A stretch of 64,000 bases of DNA from a virus (IMGVR_UViG_3300044518_000037:1-64000), one strand, 5' to 3'. Shown: positions 25,584 through 34,428, numbered from the stretch's first letter. The notes: generated from the sequence alone by a model not told the origin. Translations and numbers: made by a program.

Positions 25584-25822
25584 CCGTTGACCAGGGCCTC
25601 TGCTTTAGGCAGGGGCTCTCGTCGTTTCATGGCGCGGCTTCGGCCCGCCGTAACCACAGGGCTGTCAACTTTTCAAGGCGATTGGCGATCTGTCACCCGC
25701 ACAGGGGGCAGGCGCTGCTTGGGGGTTGGCGGCGATTTACCGTCCGAAAGGACATCGCGAGTGTCTACGAGAGGACGACATGAACAACGCAGCGCCGGCC
25801 AGCAGCTCCTGAACTGAACTTC

Positions 25823-25858
25823 AAGGCCCCGCTTCTTTCTGGGGCGGGGGCTTCGTTT
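25823..25858 (+). terminator. CCCCGC/GCGGGG family hairpin
   Basis: AGGCCCCGC-N11-GCGGGGGCT-TCGTTT. Confidence 0.6.
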
Positions 25859-25878
25859 GACACGAGGAAGGAAACGCA

Positions 25879-26481
25879 ATGCGTCAGAAAGCCAGCACTT
25901 CCCTCCAAGGAGCGTCTCTCGATGGCGCGCCGCTGGAGGAGCGCGAGGAGGGTGAAGCCGTTAGCAGGCTCACGGACCTGCTGCGCGACGCCACGTGGGA
26001 GATCGAGGACGCGCCTGAGCCTGAGGATGCCCCCAACCCCATCTGGACGGGCCTCCAGAACCGGATCACGGGGTACGAGCGGGAGCGCCGAAGGTACGAG
26101 CAGATTCTCCTGGACCTCGGAACACTGAAAGCAGCGGCTGAGGAGGCTGAAGACAAGGACCGGTTCCGCAAGCTCGCCCTTCTCGGGATGGACTGGAGGA
26201 TTGACGGCCTGGAGAACCAGCTGGCCGTTCTCCAGCAGACGGAGTCCCAAAACCGTGCGCTGCTGGAACAGATCATTCGGATGATCAACTCCAACTCGAC
26301 CAACGAGTCGATGGTCGGGAAGGCTCTCCGGATTGTCCGAGCGGAGAACGCGCGTGTCCTTGCCTCAGCCGGAGAGGGGGTCGAACGGGGTGGCGGCCGT
26401 CAGGGGCGCTCGGCGAAGGGTGGTCGTTCGCATGGAGGTCAGAGGCCGGGGCGGCAGGCCGAAGCGGGAGATGAGCGCTGA
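25879..26481 (+). CDS. Hypothetical coiled-coil protein
   Basis: RBS GGAAGGA; heptad-rich sequence. Confidence 0.7.
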   Translation: MRQKASTSLQGASLDGAPLEEREEGEAVSRLTDLLRDATWEIEDAPEPEDAPNPIWTGLQNRITGYERERRRYEQILLDLGTLKAAAEEAEDKDRFRKLALLGMDWRIDGLENQLAVLQQTESQNRALLEQIIRMINSNSTNESMVGKALRIVRAENARVLASAGEGVERGGGRQGRSAKGGRSHGGQRPGRQAEAGDER

Positions 26482-26699
26482 TGAATCTCGCGGGCTACCG
26501 CGTCAGGCCCCGCCGCTTCTACGAGGGCAACCGTGTGGTCTGCGAAGTGGGGGACGGCCCGGACCTGTTCGGTGAGGTGGTCGACTTCGATGGCCCGAAC
26601 CCGCTGGTTCTCGTCGACGGAGCCGCCGAACCGGAGCCGTACGCGGCCGAGGATCTGCTCCTGACAGCTGGCAACTACCCGGCTAGCTGGAGCGAATAG
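26481..26699 (+). CDS. Small SH3-like hypothetical protein
   Basis: TGATG overlap; FYEGNRVVC..FGEVVDF. Confidence 0.65.
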   Translation: MNLAGYRVRPRRFYEGNRVVCEVGDGPDLFGEVVDFDGPNPLVLVDGAAEPEPYAAEDLLLTAGNYPASWSE

Positions 26700-26703
26700 C
26701 ACG

Positions 26704-26747
26704 CAAAGGCCGGGGCGGTAGGAAGTCTCTTTCCGCCTCGGCCTTTG
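26704..26747. terminator. Hairpin at the convergence of the two arms (possibly bidirectional)
   Basis: GCAAAGGCCGGGGCGG...CCGCCTCGGCCTTTGC. Confidence 0.65.
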
Positions 26748-26797
26748 CGCTGATCACAGGAGGTCCGGAGCTTGAGGCCGTCGAGCGAGTAGCTCCC

Positions 26798-28279
26798 TCA
26801 CTCCACCACCTCCGCGTCCACCACTCCGAGCTGGCCGAGGGCTTCCTCTGCTGACACTGTCCCCGCCGGGCTCAAGGCGGGGACCCCCCCGGCCTTCTCT
26901 CCGAAGAGTCGACTGAGGAGCCCGACCTGGGCCTCGCCCTTCTGTTGGACCCGCATCGTCAGGCTGAAACCGGCTTCTTCGATCTCAGATTTCAGCTTTA
27001 CGTATTTCGCCAGCCGGTCCATTTCCTGGCTCAAGTTCGGGTCGGCGTAGCCGCCCTCAACCTCCTCTGACATGCGCATACTGAAGACTCTTGCTGCCTG
27101 CATGGTGATGAGCGAGTCCAGGAGCGCGACATATTGTTCCTTGGTCCTGACCTTGATCGGGATCTCGTAGGCGCAGGATTCCCCGGGCCGGTACTCGGGG
27201 CATTTGCGTGCGAGGAAGCAGGCGTCACACGTCCGGATGTTGAGGTCGACCGCCGTGGCGCGGTACTCCGTCCGGCTCTTCCGTTCACCGTCATCGGGGT
27301 CTGTGTACCGATGCGTGAACGCTTCCATTTCGAGTCCGGGAAGCACTCGCTTGGCCCGGCCAACGGGGGGTGAAGTTACCCCCTCGTTCCCCGTTTCTGA
27401 GGTTGTCACCTCAACTCCCCTCCCAGTACTTTCCGCACTTCCCGATTTGCTCTCATCCGGGCTCGCAGCTACTCCCTCGCCATGGCGCTGCGAAATGAAC
27501 GCGATCTGCTGCTGCCACGACCACAGGCTGAGTCGAAGATTCTCGGTCGGGTCGTCCTGCTCGATCAGCGCCGGATCCAGGCCAATTCTCTCGAAAAGGG
27601 TCCTGTGCCGTTTTCGCGCCTGGCCCTTGTAGCGGTTCGGATAGCGCTTCAACTCTCGGCCGGCCCACACGAAGGTCTCGCCGTGCTGGGCCGCCGACAA
27701 CCACGTGGTGCTCGTGAGGGAATGCCAGTCGGCCGCGAGCATCAGTGGCGGGCTGCTGAATCCCATGCCGTGAAGTCGCCGGTTTCGGGAGAGTGATCGC
27801 AGGATCGGCACGATGTCCCGGTCCCCGCACGTTCCCTGCCCTACCGCGATGTAGGGGTACTTGTCCGCCATTCTGCGGAGTTCATCGACCCCCCATTCCT
27901 CGTGCCATACGACGATGGATTTCTCGGGGTCCAGCGCGGATCGACGCTCCTCGATCCATTCCCTTCCCATAGCAAGAGCGTCGAACTCGGTATACACCTC
28001 AATGGCGTCAAGGTTCTGAGCGATGAAGGAGTCGTAGCGTTCCGCGATCTCGCTGATCTCGCTCTGCGCAACTTCGACGCCCTCCCGGTTCAACGTGTGG
28101 CACCCAGAGTCGATCAGCACCGCCTGCCCGGCTGAGAAATTCTCGGAAACCAGCCATACATCCGTGCGCTTGGTGCGCCGGCGGAGTCCCATGTACGAGA
28201 GGGCGACGTGCGGTATTTCGAGCCGTCCAAGGAGTTGGCGGTGACTGGGGATTTCAGCGCCGCCGTAGAACATCTTCAT
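26798..28279 (-). CDS. TGT/DpdA-like TIM-barrel protein fused to a Cys-cluster/helical C-terminal domain
   Basis: VALSY, LIDSG, YTEFD, VVWH, YIAVG, LHGMG, SLTSTTW motif order; C-terminal CDAC..C..C. Confidence 0.55.
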   Translation of the reverse strand: MKMFYGGAEIPSHRQLLGRLEIPHVALSYMGLRRRTKRTDVWLVSENFSAGQAVLIDSGCHTLNREGVEVAQSEISEIAERYDSFIAQNLDAIEVYTEFDALAMGREWIEERRSALDPEKSIVVWHEEWGVDELRRMADKYPYIAVGQGTCGDRDIVPILRSLSRNRRLHGMGFSSPPLMLAADWHSLTSTTWLSAAQHGETFVWAGRELKRYPNRYKGQARKRHRTLFERIGLDPALIEQDDPTENLRLSLWSWQQQIAFISQRHGEGVAASPDESKSGSAESTGRGVEVTTSETGNEGVTSPPVGRAKRVLPGLEMEAFTHRYTDPDDGERKSRTEYRATAVDLNIRTCDACFLARKCPEYRPGESCAYEIPIKVRTKEQYVALLDSLITMQAARVFSMRMSEEVEGGYADPNLSQEMDRLAKYVKLKSEIEEAGFSLTMRVQQKGEAQVGLLSRLFGEKAGGVPALSPAGTVSAEEALGQLGVVDAEVVE

Positions 28280-28761
28280 GCCTGCTGCTCCTGGTCGTCG
28301 TCGGTGAGGCGGTGGTCAGAGATGCGCATGAGCTGTTGGCGCTCGATCTCCTCGGTGAGTTCGCTCCAGGGGCGCGGGGCGCCGGCGTGGTCGGGACGCC
28401 ACTCGGGCCGCGTGTAGAGGGCGTGGGTGTGCAGGAGGGTGTTCCAGCCGTCCGCGATTTCGGCTGCCGCGCAGGTGGGGTCGGGCTCGATCAGGAGGCT
28501 GACGCGCCAGCTGCGGATGCGTCGGAGGGCGTCGAGGCGGCCTTCTGGGCCGGGGATGGGTGCGTGGAGGTAGGCGAGGTGGCCGGTGAGGTTGCGCAGG
28601 CGCATCCAGGGGGCCATCTGCTCCTCGGTCCATTCGTGACTGAGGAGGTAGAGCCGGGAGTTGGGCGCGAGGGCCTGGTAGAGGGCGAATCCGGTCTCGT
28701 AGTGGGCCTCGCTGCCCGCCATGCGCAGGACGCCTTCGAGGACCATCACGACTGTCAGCAC
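28276..28761 (-). CDS. Degenerate HAD-fold protein
   Basis: VVMVLEGVL (DxDGVL-like) and RLYLLS. Confidence 0.5.
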   Translation of the reverse strand: MLTVVMVLEGVLRMAGSEAHYETGFALYQALAPNSRLYLLSHEWTEEQMAPWMRLRNLTGHLAYLHAPIPGPEGRLDALRRIRSWRVSLLIEPDPTCAAAEIADGWNTLLHTHALYTRPEWRPDHAGAPRPWSELTEEIERQQLMRISDHRLTDDDQEQQA

Positions 28762-28840
28762 GACGCCTCCAGCGGGTTTGGGGCGGTACGCGAAGGCCCC
28801 TCCCGGGCCGTTGAGTTGGCGGGAGGGGCCTGCGGGATGG

Positions 28841-29137
28841 TCACTTCGGCAGGTGGAGCTGGCTGCGGATGGCCTGGTCGGTGGCCTGGTTGCGGGCGGC
28901 CATGGCCATCTGCATCTGCTGCTGGACCACGAGCTGGGCGGCCATGGCGGCGACCTTGCTGGCCTCGATGTCGGATGCGACCTCAGCGGCCCCGTGCTTC
29001 ATCTCGCCGATGGTGGCGCGGTGTTCGACTTCGAGAGGAAGTTCGTGGAAGGGCGTGGCCTCCCATTCGAAATTCTCGTTCTGAAGGACCAGGAAGGCCG
29101 TGCGGACCTTGCGGGGTTCGGACGTCACGTCACTCAC
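28841..29137 (-). CDS. Hypothetical protein
   Basis: RBS AGGAGG, GTG at 29137; TAFLVLQN.. Confidence 0.7.
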   Translation of the reverse strand: MSDVTSEPRKVRTAFLVLQNENFEWEATPFHELPLEVEHRATIGEMKHGAAEVASDIEASKVAAMAAQLVVQQQMQMAMAARNQATDQAIRSQLHLPK

Positions 29138-29378
29138 TGGGCGCCTCCTGCTGGTGGTGGTCCGCGATCCGGGCGATGATGCTGCGCGCGGAGGAAGTCT
29201 CGGCGATGGCGTTCCGCAGGTTCCCGAGCATGTATCGGGGAAGGCCGCGACGCTCGGTGAGCTGTTCGAGAAGATCTTCCAGAGTGCTGTGGACGCGGCC
29301 GAGATAGGTAAGCGCGGCCTTCCGGACGTAAATGTCCTCAGGTAGCCGCAGGTCGGGTTCAGCCCCCTGTGTTGCCAT
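29130..29378 (-). CDS. Hypothetical protein
   Basis: ATG at 29378 with upstream GGAGG. Confidence 0.6.
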   Translation of the reverse strand: MATQGAEPDLRLPEDIYVRKAALTYLGRVHSTLEDLLEQLTERRGLPRYMLGNLRNAIAETSSARSIIARIADHHQQEAPSE

Positions 29379-29823
29379 GAATGGCCTCCGATTCTTGTTC
29401 CCGCCGAGCTCGCCGGCGCTCCCGATCGCGTTGGCGAATGCAGGCGATGCACTCGCGAGAGTTATGGTGCCAGCGGGTATTTTCCGGCGTGTATTCATGA
29501 CCGTGGGGACAGTGCGTCTTCGCTGCGTTCTTTGCCGTGAACCCCTCGCCGCGCATGGTGTTCTCGCTGTGCTCGACAGCTTCCAAATGGTCCGGATTGC
29601 AGCAGCGCCGGATACGGCATAGATGGTCGACGTGCCAACCTGGGGGCACAGAGCGTTGGTTGGCGGTCTCCCAGGAGACGATGTGGGCACCCTTGACTTG
29701 ACCGTTCGGCATGCGGAATTTCCCGTAGCCATCGGAATCAGTGGCGCCCCGCCACAGGTGGCAGTCATCGAACTCCGAACCGATGTCTACCTTCGCCTTG
29801 AACCGGAGATGCCACTCTCTCAC
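29359..29823 (-). CDS. HNH homing endonuclease
   Basis: CHLWRG..GYG..AH..VDHLCRIRRCCNPDHLEAVEHSEN; C-terminal CPHGH..CIAC. Confidence 0.92.
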   Translation of the reverse strand: MREWHLRFKAKVDIGSEFDDCHLWRGATDSDGYGKFRMPNGQVKGAHIVSWETANQRSVPPGWHVDHLCRIRRCCNPDHLEAVEHSENTMRGEGFTAKNAAKTHCPHGHEYTPENTRWHHNSRECIACIRQRDRERRRARREQESEAIHGNTGG

Positions 29824-30326
29824 TCGTAAAGGCCCAGCTTCGACCGGACCTGCTGCTCCGCCACGCTGCGAATGGGGCAGTAGTCACACAGATACCTTTG
29901 CGCGCCGGGGTTGGCCTTGTCCCATTTGGCGAGGCCCTCGGACTTTCGATCGCGGGCGGTGGGCGGGACGAGGAGCTTCTTGTCGCTGTGGAAATCGCTG
30001 CACGTTGCGGGGCGCTGGCGGGAGCGCCAGCACTGCATGGCGTCCTCCTTGAGCATGTCCACGGCGTGGTAGACCCAGGGCTCCATTCCTGTGTGCCCCT
30101 CGCGCTGCCAGATCTGCTTGAGGATTTCCTTCTGGGCATCCGGGTTGTTCCAGGCGCCGGCGTCGACAGGACCGTAAAGGCGACCCAGGTGCCGCTCACC
30201 GTTGGGATACTGGTGACGCGAGACGGCGTATTCCAGAACGGTGTCGTTGCGGGGGTCGCCCTCGTACGGCGGCAGGGTTTCGGTCGACTCGCAGTCGCGG
30301 CATATCAGGATGCGGACGGTGGCCAA
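29820..30326 (-). CDS. Cys-rich conserved-looking phage protein
   Basis: CRDC..C..C..CDYC. Confidence 0.75.
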   Translation of the reverse strand: MATVRILICRDCESTETLPPYEGDPRNDTVLEYAVSRHQYPNGERHLGRLYGPVDAGAWNNPDAQKEILKQIWQREGHTGMEPWVYHAVDMLKEDAMQCWRSRQRPATCSDFHSDKKLLVPPTARDRKSEGLAKWDKANPGAQRYLCDYCPIRSVAEQQVRSKLGLYE

Positions 30327-30342
30327 AGCTACCCCTTGTTTC

Positions 30343-30750
30343 TCAGTACCAGTGGTGCGCCTGCCAGAAGCTCCAAGCAGCGCATGGTGTGCCGTACCGA
30401 GAATGGGTGTAGGAAATTCCCCGCCGAATTTGCGTTACTGCATTCGAGTGCCAGTCTGCGCCGGCAGAGGACATCTTCGAGCCGGGCAGCGCCTGGGGGA
30501 TTCCATAGGCGCCGGAGGATGGGTTGGCGGCCGTCGGGTCCCAGCCGGATTCGTGCTCCCACAGGGCGTCGAGATAGGAGAACTGGGTGTCGCCGACCTG
30601 GCTGCGGGCGTAGGCGCGGAGGTCGCCTTGAGGTGCCGGGTGCACGGTCGGCGCCGGGGTCTGAACCGGCGGGGGTGCCTGGTTGCGGACGTCGGTAACT
30701 CTGAGGCGAGCGTGGCTGGTTGGTCGATTGGCGGGAATCGGGCCCAACAC
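30343..30750 (-). CDS. SLT lytic transglycosylase domain, apparently N-terminally truncated
   Basis: LWEHESGWDPTAANPSSGAYGIPQALPGSKM..RYGTPCAAWSFWQAHHWY; no signal peptide. Confidence 0.8.
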   Translation of the reverse strand: MLGPIPANRPTSHARLRVTDVRNQAPPPVQTPAPTVHPAPQGDLRAYARSQVGDTQFSYLDALWEHESGWDPTAANPSSGAYGIPQALPGSKMSSAGADWHSNAVTQIRRGISYTHSRYGTPCAAWSFWQAHHWY

Positions 30751-30777
30751 CTGACTGAACTACTACGCTCAGGTGTC

Positions 30778-31349
30778 ATGCCTAACACGCACCGTTACAA
30801 CGAGGGCACCTTGCCGGCCGGCGTGCTCGTCCATAACTCCGCAGAGCTGCCGGACGGTCTGCCATTCACTGCGCACGCCATGGCGGTTGAGATGCCGGGC
30901 TTGAGTTCGTTGCCCGCGCTGCTGCTCATCCCCCAGTTCACGGCGACAATGACGGACAGCGTCGGCGACACGTACAGCCCGCTGCCGTACATGCTGGACG
31001 CCGAGGGCTTCGACCACATCGAGAACGGCGCCCCCATCCCGATGAAGACTCGGGGGGAGTCAGCAGACAAGCAAGGTTGGGCACTGCGCCGGCGCGGGGA
31101 CCGTGTGGAGGTTTCGCGCCGCCACAAGAGCCTCTTCCGGGGGCCGCTCGCCACAAGAGCCTCTTCCGGGGGCCGCTCGCCACCGTCCCGGCGGAAGATG
31201 TGGACGGGGAGCTGTGGCGCCGCGCCGTCGCACAAGCGGATTGGACAGTAGTGCTCGTTCCGGAGACCGACCCGGGGCAGATGCTGCCGGAGCTGGTGGC
31301 GACGTCCGTCACCGGCTCATGGGCCCTGTTGCGGGCCAGGAACTTCTGA
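30778..31349 (+). pseudogene. Hypothetical gene frameshifted by a 29-bp tandem duplication
   Basis: Removing one copy (31121-31149) gives a continuous 543-nt ORF MPNTHRY..HKSLFRGPLATVPAEDV..RARNF*. Confidence 0.75.
31121..31183. repeat. 29-bp tandem direct repeat, 2 full copies plus a 5-nt partial
   Basis: GCCACAAGAGCCTCTTCCGGGGGCCGCTC at 31121 and 31150. Confidence 0.95.
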
Positions 31350-31429
31350 TCAGCGCCCCGAACAGCGCGGAATGAGCGCGCGGGCAACTGCCCGCACGCT
31401 TCTCCGATCGTCTCGCTGGCGCGATGGGC

Positions 31430-32656
31430 TTAGGTCGCGGGCGTGGTGCCGGCCAGGGCCGCGCTCGCGGGGCTGGCGCCCTGGGAGTTGCCGCAGATCA
31501 CGGTGAACGAGTAGGGCTGGTTCACCGTGTACTGGAGGGTGACCTGCGGCGCGGCCCCGAGCACCCCGGTGAGGTAGGCGACACGCCTGGTGCCGTCGTA
31601 GACCGCATACCACTCCGGTGCCCCGTTGCTGGCGGAGACTGTCGGCGCCGTGATGTTCAAGTGCACGAGGCCGGCGGCGACCGTGCCGTTGAGTGCGGGT
31701 GCGGGCGGCGCTGCTGGCGCGTTGAGGGCGGCCGGGATGGTTGCGTAGACGGGCGGCGAGAAGGCCGAGTACGCGGTGCCGTTGGCGTCCGTCTTGACGG
31801 CCCGCACGCGCAGCCGCACCGGCACGCGCGGAACCGTGTAGTTCGGGGTGGTAGCCGTCACGGGGGTGCCGGCGGGGGGCTGGGCGACGGAGGCGATGAC
31901 GCGGGTGTCGCCCAGGTAGAAGCCGGGGTTGTTCGGGTCGGGCTTGAGGGTGGTGCCGACAGTGTTGTTGTCCCAAACCTCGTAGCTGGTGGCGTCGGGG
32001 ACGCGGTTCCAGCCGAGCTGGATCGCCCCGCCGGCGTTCGAGGTGATCACAGGCAGCGGGGCGGCCAGGGCGACGTTGCCGGGCGTCTTCGGGTTGGTGG
32101 TGACCTGCTGGCTGGTGGTGCTTGTGGCCGGGGTGGTGACCGAGAGAGCGGTCGACCTGTTGCCGCTGGCGACCTGGTTGGTGTCGCACGGCTCGACCAC
32201 GATGGTGTAGGCGGTGTTCGGGACGATAGGGGTCCATACGGCCGGCGTGGCGCTTGACCAGTAGCCAGTGAGGACGTGGTTCAGCTTCGGGCCCCGAATG
32301 GTGAGGGAGGGGCTGGTGGCGCCGTTGATGTACAGGTTGTGCGCTCCGACGCCCATGCTGTCCAGCCCCTTGGAGCCCTTGTTGCCGGTGGTCGCCGGGA
32401 TCTGGCCGATGTTCGAGTGCCAGAACAGCTGGATGCTGGTGGGAGTCAGCGAACCGCCCGGGATGAGTGTTCCGGTGGCGTTGGTGTACCACTGCGGCGT
32501 CGGCGGCACGAACTTCTGGCCATAGCCGGCGGGGCGGTTGGCGATGCGCTGCGCGGGAGTGAGCGGCGGCGAGGTGGTCAGACCCGACGCCGAGCCGGGC
32601 TCACCCGTCAGATCGGTGTTGGTCTCAAGGTTCCACTCGTTAACGGGAGTTGACAT
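31430..32656 (-). CDS. Fibronectin type III/Ig-like repeat protein (possible virion decoration)
   Basis: TSIQLFW..YTIVVEP; IQLGW..SYEVW..LRVRAV; YSFTV..GAS; T/P-rich. Confidence 0.65.
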   Translation of the reverse strand: MSTPVNEWNLETNTDLTGEPGSASGLTTSPPLTPAQRIANRPAGYGQKFVPPTPQWYTNATGTLIPGGSLTPTSIQLFWHSNIGQIPATTGNKGSKGLDSMGVGAHNLYINGATSPSLTIRGPKLNHVLTGYWSSATPAVWTPIVPNTAYTIVVEPCDTNQVASGNRSTALSVTTPATSTTSQQVTTNPKTPGNVALAAPLPVITSNAGGAIQLGWNRVPDATSYEVWDNNTVGTTLKPDPNNPGFYLGDTRVIASVAQPPAGTPVTATTPNYTVPRVPVRLRVRAVKTDANGTAYSAFSPPVYATIPAALNAPAAPPAPALNGTVAAGLVHLNITAPTVSASNGAPEWYAVYDGTRRVAYLTGVLGAAPQVTLQYTVNQPYSFTVICGNSQGASPASAALAGTTPAT

Positions 32657-32839
32657 CTACTTCTCCTCGGTTGTCGGCGAGCTGTCAGTTGGACCAGGAG
32701 GTCGCTGAAGAAGCCAGCAGCGCCCCGGCAGACACGCGGGCTCGACCTTCCCCGGCAGGTAGGTGTCGAGCAGCCGGGTGATCACCACGCTGATCGCCGT
32801 AACGCCTAGGGAGATCAGAGCCGGGCCCAGGCCATTCAC
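32657..32839 (-). CDS. Small membrane protein
   Basis: GTGA overlap; hydrophobic ALISLGVTAISVVI. Confidence 0.6.
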   Translation of the reverse strand: MNGLGPALISLGVTAISVVITRLLDTYLPGKVEPACLPGRCWLLQRPPGPTDSSPTTEEK

Positions 32840-33216
32840 AGGCCCGCTCGCTCTCTGGAGACGAACCACGCACCGTAGCCGACGATCGCGAACCCGAAAT
32901 AGAGGACGAAGGTGCCGAAGTTGAGGAGCGAACTCCCGCCATGGAGAAGCGAGAGGGCAGCGTAGGTGATGAAATACGCACCGACGATTCGGTAACCCAT
33001 GCAGCTGTGGCGGGTCAGCACCGAGACGAGCGCGAGAACGGCAGCGCCGTAGCCCAGCAGGACCCAGGCCGAGAGGACGGCGTCGACACCACTGCCGGAG
33101 AACCCGAAACCCTGACGGGACTGCTGGTACAGCGAGTTGCCGAACGCGGTCACAGCCAGGCCCAGCCCGATGACGTTGGTCCGCGCCTCGTCCGAGGTAA
33201 AGGGGTGGTAGGTCAT
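32836..33216 (-). CDS. Four-TM membrane protein (holin-like candidate)
   Basis: Four hydrophobic stretches; RBS GGGGAG. Confidence 0.7.
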   Translation of the reverse strand: MTYHPFTSDEARTNVIGLGLAVTAFGNSLYQQSRQGFGFSGSGVDAVLSAWVLLGYGAAVLALVSVLTRHSCMGYRIVGAYFITYAALSLLHGGSSLLNFGTFVLYFGFAIVGYGAWFVSRERAGL

Positions 33217-33217
33217 G

Positions 33218-33628
33218 TCACTCCCCGTCCTCGACACCCAGCTTGGCGGCGATCTTCAGCAGCAGCTGGTGATCCGCCTGATCGACCGCCAGATCCTGGA
33301 TACCAACCTCATGGTCGTACTGCGCCAGCTCACTGTTGATCTGGTCAGCCCGCTTCGCCGCGATCAGCAGGATGAAACACTGGAGCCCCGCAATTCCGCT
33401 GAGGACCAGGTTCAGGCCGATGTACGGCGCGGGGTCGGTACCGAAACCGTCCGTGGCCATCCACACGATCATCAGGACGAAAAAGCCGAGCAGACACGAC
33501 CACGTGGCCAGAGCCCGCTTCATCAGGTCCGCCGCGCGCTCCCCAAGGCTCAGGGCCGACCCGCTTCGAACCGCCGGGTGCGCATCCCACGGCTGCGCCG
33601 AGCCGCTGCGCACGTCAGTCTCCTTCAC
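33218..33628 (-). CDS. DUF1003-family membrane protein
   Basis: ERAAD..TW..W..DPAPYIGLNLVLS.IAGLQ..ILLIA.KRAD. Confidence 0.8.
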   Translation of the reverse strand: MKETDVRSGSAQPWDAHPAVRSGSALSLGERAADLMKRALATWSCLLGFFVLMIVWMATDGFGTDPAPYIGLNLVLSGIAGLQCFILLIAAKRADQINSELAQYDHEVGIQDLAVDQADHQLLLKIAAKLGVEDGE

Positions 33629-33629
33629 G

Positions 33630-33875
33630 TCAGCTCCCGGGGTAGGCGACAGGGCCGCCGGTGTGTGTGTCGGGAGTGACGACCGGTCGGCCGAACGGGT
33701 CGACCTTGACGGCGGCTTCGTGCACCCCGAAATTGGTGTCGGACAGGTCGTCGCGCATGCGCGGGGTCGTGGACTCCACGATGCCGCCCCGGTCACGCAC
33801 CGCCCGCTTGTAGGTCTGTTCGGTCAAACCGGCGTCCAACTCGGCGCGCAGGTCGCGCTGCTGGGGGTAGCTCAC
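33630..33875 (-). CDS. Hypothetical protein
   Basis: Coupled ORF; codon bias. Confidence 0.7.
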   Translation of the reverse strand: MSYPQQRDLRAELDAGLTEQTYKRAVRDRGGIVESTTPRMRDDLSDTNFGVHEAAVKVDPFGRPVVTPDTHTGGPVAYPGS

Positions 33876-34129
33876 GACGCCCCCAGCTTGCGCGGGGCCG
33901 CCATGGTCCGAGACTTCGCCTGTCCGAGAGAGGCACCGGCCCCCTGGGGGCGGCCAGCTGCGACGCCGGTCGCGAACTCTGAGCTGGTGCTCGGCCCGCT
34001 GGCCGGCGGCCCGTACGCGCCCGCCTTCCGCTGGTCCTGGAGGTTCGCCTTTGCATCAATGGCAGTGCCGACGTTGTCGCCGACGCCGTGGCCCCGACGA
34101 TCGGTGGCCCGCGTCCTCTTGGGCATCAC
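33872..34129 (-). CDS. Hypothetical basic protein
   Basis: GTGA overlaps at both ends. Confidence 0.65.
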   Translation of the reverse strand: MMPKRTRATDRRGHGVGDNVGTAIDAKANLQDQRKAGAYGPPASGPSTSSEFATGVAAGRPQGAGASLGQAKSRTMAAPRKLGAS

Positions 34130-34428
34130 ATACCCCCCAGGGTTGGAGTGCTCGTGGCGGAATAGCCGCCCTGGCGCTGGCTGTAGTCCACGCGCGAGCC
34201 CGGATAGAGGTCTTCAAGCCGGGCGATGTCGCGAATCCCTAGGACGTGCTGCCGGTAGCCGAAGCGCGGCGCGCTGCGGCCGATGTTCGGGATGGGCGGG
34301 GCGATGCGCCGGATCGAGTCCGTCGGCATGTCCAGCCAGTCCTTCAGGTAATTCGAGACCTGCTGCTCCTGGCTAGTGGACCAAGGACGCGGCGCATACA
34401 CCGAGTTGGGCTGATCCAAGACGATCAC
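34126..34428 (-). CDS. Hypothetical protein
   Basis: GTGA overlaps. Confidence 0.7.
   Translation of the reverse strand: MIVLDQPNSVYAPRPWSTSQEQQVSNYLKDWLDMPTDSIRRIAPPIPNIGRSAPRFGYRQHVLGIRDIARLEDLYPGSRVDYSQRQGGYSATSTPTLGGM

Noticed and set aside
25688-25770. Resemblance to a c-di-GMP-I riboswitch (GTCAC..GCACAGGG, GTCCGAAAGGAC)
   Set aside because: The GCAAA/GYAA elements and P3 tetraloop receptor are missing and the spacing is wrong.
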